A DNA stretch of 64,000 bases from Podarcis tiliguerta (Eukaryota). The stretch lies in the NCBI GenBank assembly GCA_965153285.1, contig OZ229113.1, one strand, 5' to 3'. Positions 62,411 through 64,000 of this stretch are shown piece after piece. Position 1 is the first letter of the stretch, and the number at the start of each line of letters is the position of its first letter. Made by a program: the position numbers and the translations under genes. The notes under the pieces are model-generated. The model searched no databases. It was not told the DNA's origin and saw only the letters and a list, made by a program, of their open reading frames with translations.

Positions 62411-64000
62411 TGTGAAGTAAAATTCTATGCACTAGGAAGCCTCACTAAGCTTGATTAGTAAGTGTTACTAGGCTCCAATCTCATGCTTGCTTATTTCACA
62501 AGACATCTAGGATTGTGTAGTTTTATGATTGTACATTAGAAGTCATATCTGGTCACCAGGTCATAGCTTTTAACAATCATTTGTTTCTTCATACATCTGT
62601 CCCACAATCTCCAGATCATCACAGCATCATCTGAATTAAAATGCAACATTATTTATAGCTATAAAAAAGAGAGAAGAGAAGCAATTAATATGTGGAATGA
62701 ATTACATTTTTATTCGGGAATACTGTACAGGTGAAATATTAGTTCAGGATATGCAATAAAATAGCATGAAATGAACTCCCTCATCCTTTAAAAAAAATTA
62801 TAAAAAGAAGCATTGAACAAGTTTTTAGTTCCGTTAAGTTAATATCTCCACAATTTAAGAAAACAGATTTTTAGTTATTATGGTCATGATAGCTCTCAGA
62901 TTTTTTTCTATGTGGTTTTACATTACTTTTTTAACTGAATACATCTGTTGAAAAATACTGTGCTTTCATTTAAAAACTAGTTGAAAAATCAAGCAGAATT
63001 ATTGGGATGTTACCCAGAGTTTAGGAACATAGAGAAGTACAACAAGAAATATCATATCATGCTGAATAATCCTTGGGTTGTCTCCCAAAAAGGAATCACT
63101 ATAATTTGGTTCTGCTTAGCTGATACTCATTACAAATTTTAAACAAGATATTGGAAGTTGGAAAAGAACAGGAACATTTTCTCTCCTCAAATGACTTGTC
63201 TGTTTTATTCGTTTTTATGTTTTACCCATCCCAATCCTTTGGGACGGAACAGGCAACAAATAGAAAGAACTTTCCAGTCCTAATTGAAATATGCCTATAA
63301 CTATAAAGTGCATTTTTATTTCAACAGAATTTCATTCTACTTTTTTTATCATAGACCTTTCCTATATTGTTGCTCTGACTAATACAGCAACCCATTTCTC
63401 TATGAAAATACACAGTAGTTCTGATACATGCAGGCTATTACTATATCTTCCATTCCCAGCTGTGGTAAAAATCCAATGCCTATTCAGGCTTTTTGTTTGC
63501 ACAATGAGAATCATGTGGGGGGAAGTGGGGGTGAAAGTGGTGCTAGCCCCCATGTTTCCATCCTCATAACTGTTTGCAGGTCAGAGGCAAATATCTAGAG
63601 TGGAAAAGCTTTTCTACTCAGGTAGGCTCCCTGTGCAATTTAGAACCCTGGAACATCAGTATTCTAAATTGTATTGGAGGTCTCCATAAATGGACATTAT
63701 ACTACCAACCTGGTGAAGGGCAAGGAATTAATTAGAATGCCTAAGCAGGGTTCTAGCAATGAGATTTTTATTATGTCACATTTTTTCCGTGGCCTCTGCC
63801 TTGTGCAACACTAACTGTGCATCTTCACATTCATTAGTGATTAACTGCTGGTTCTTTTAAAGATCACCATAACTTACCACCATAAATTCAGTGTTATCAA
63901 ATTCTTCATTTTGTGGCTTGATTTCCATCTATGTTAAATATCTCATACAGACCAATATCTGTTTCCTAGAATTCAATTTTGGATACTATCTTTATTTCTT

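Noticed and set aside
1-64000. CRISPR array, operon or other prokaryotic system
   Set aside because: Vertebrate intronic-type DNA; no regularly spaced repeats or gene-dense regions

Overview
This is AT-rich vertebrate genomic DNA, almost certainly from a squamate. Full-length Sauria/Squam1 SINEs, Squam3-like SINEs, L2 and CR1 LINE relics and many hAT, Tc1-pogo and Harbinger-like MITEs point to a lizard, probably a lacertid. There is no intact protein-coding gene. The only ORFs with recognisable protein motifs are broken reverse-transcriptase pieces of an L2 element (~32.9-33.9 kb) and a CR1 element (~51.2-51.5 kb). The window looks like the interior of a gene with very long introns. Strong plus-strand splice signals define candidate small exons at 7593-7665 and 57561-57624. 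A CpG-retaining candidate alternative exon ends at 46298, inside a ~7.5 kb block with no transposons I could recognise. These pieces share no reading frame, so they may be 5'UTR or lncRNA exons, and I could not identify the host gene. The best-supported oddities are nested insertions (including a 327-bp solo LTR inside a Sauria SINE), a 5S-rRNA-derived SINE family, a composite hAT-like MITE carrying L2-like sequence, and convergent CTCF-type motifs. I cannot support a wholly new biological system from the sequence alone. Family names come from recalled motifs, not database searches.
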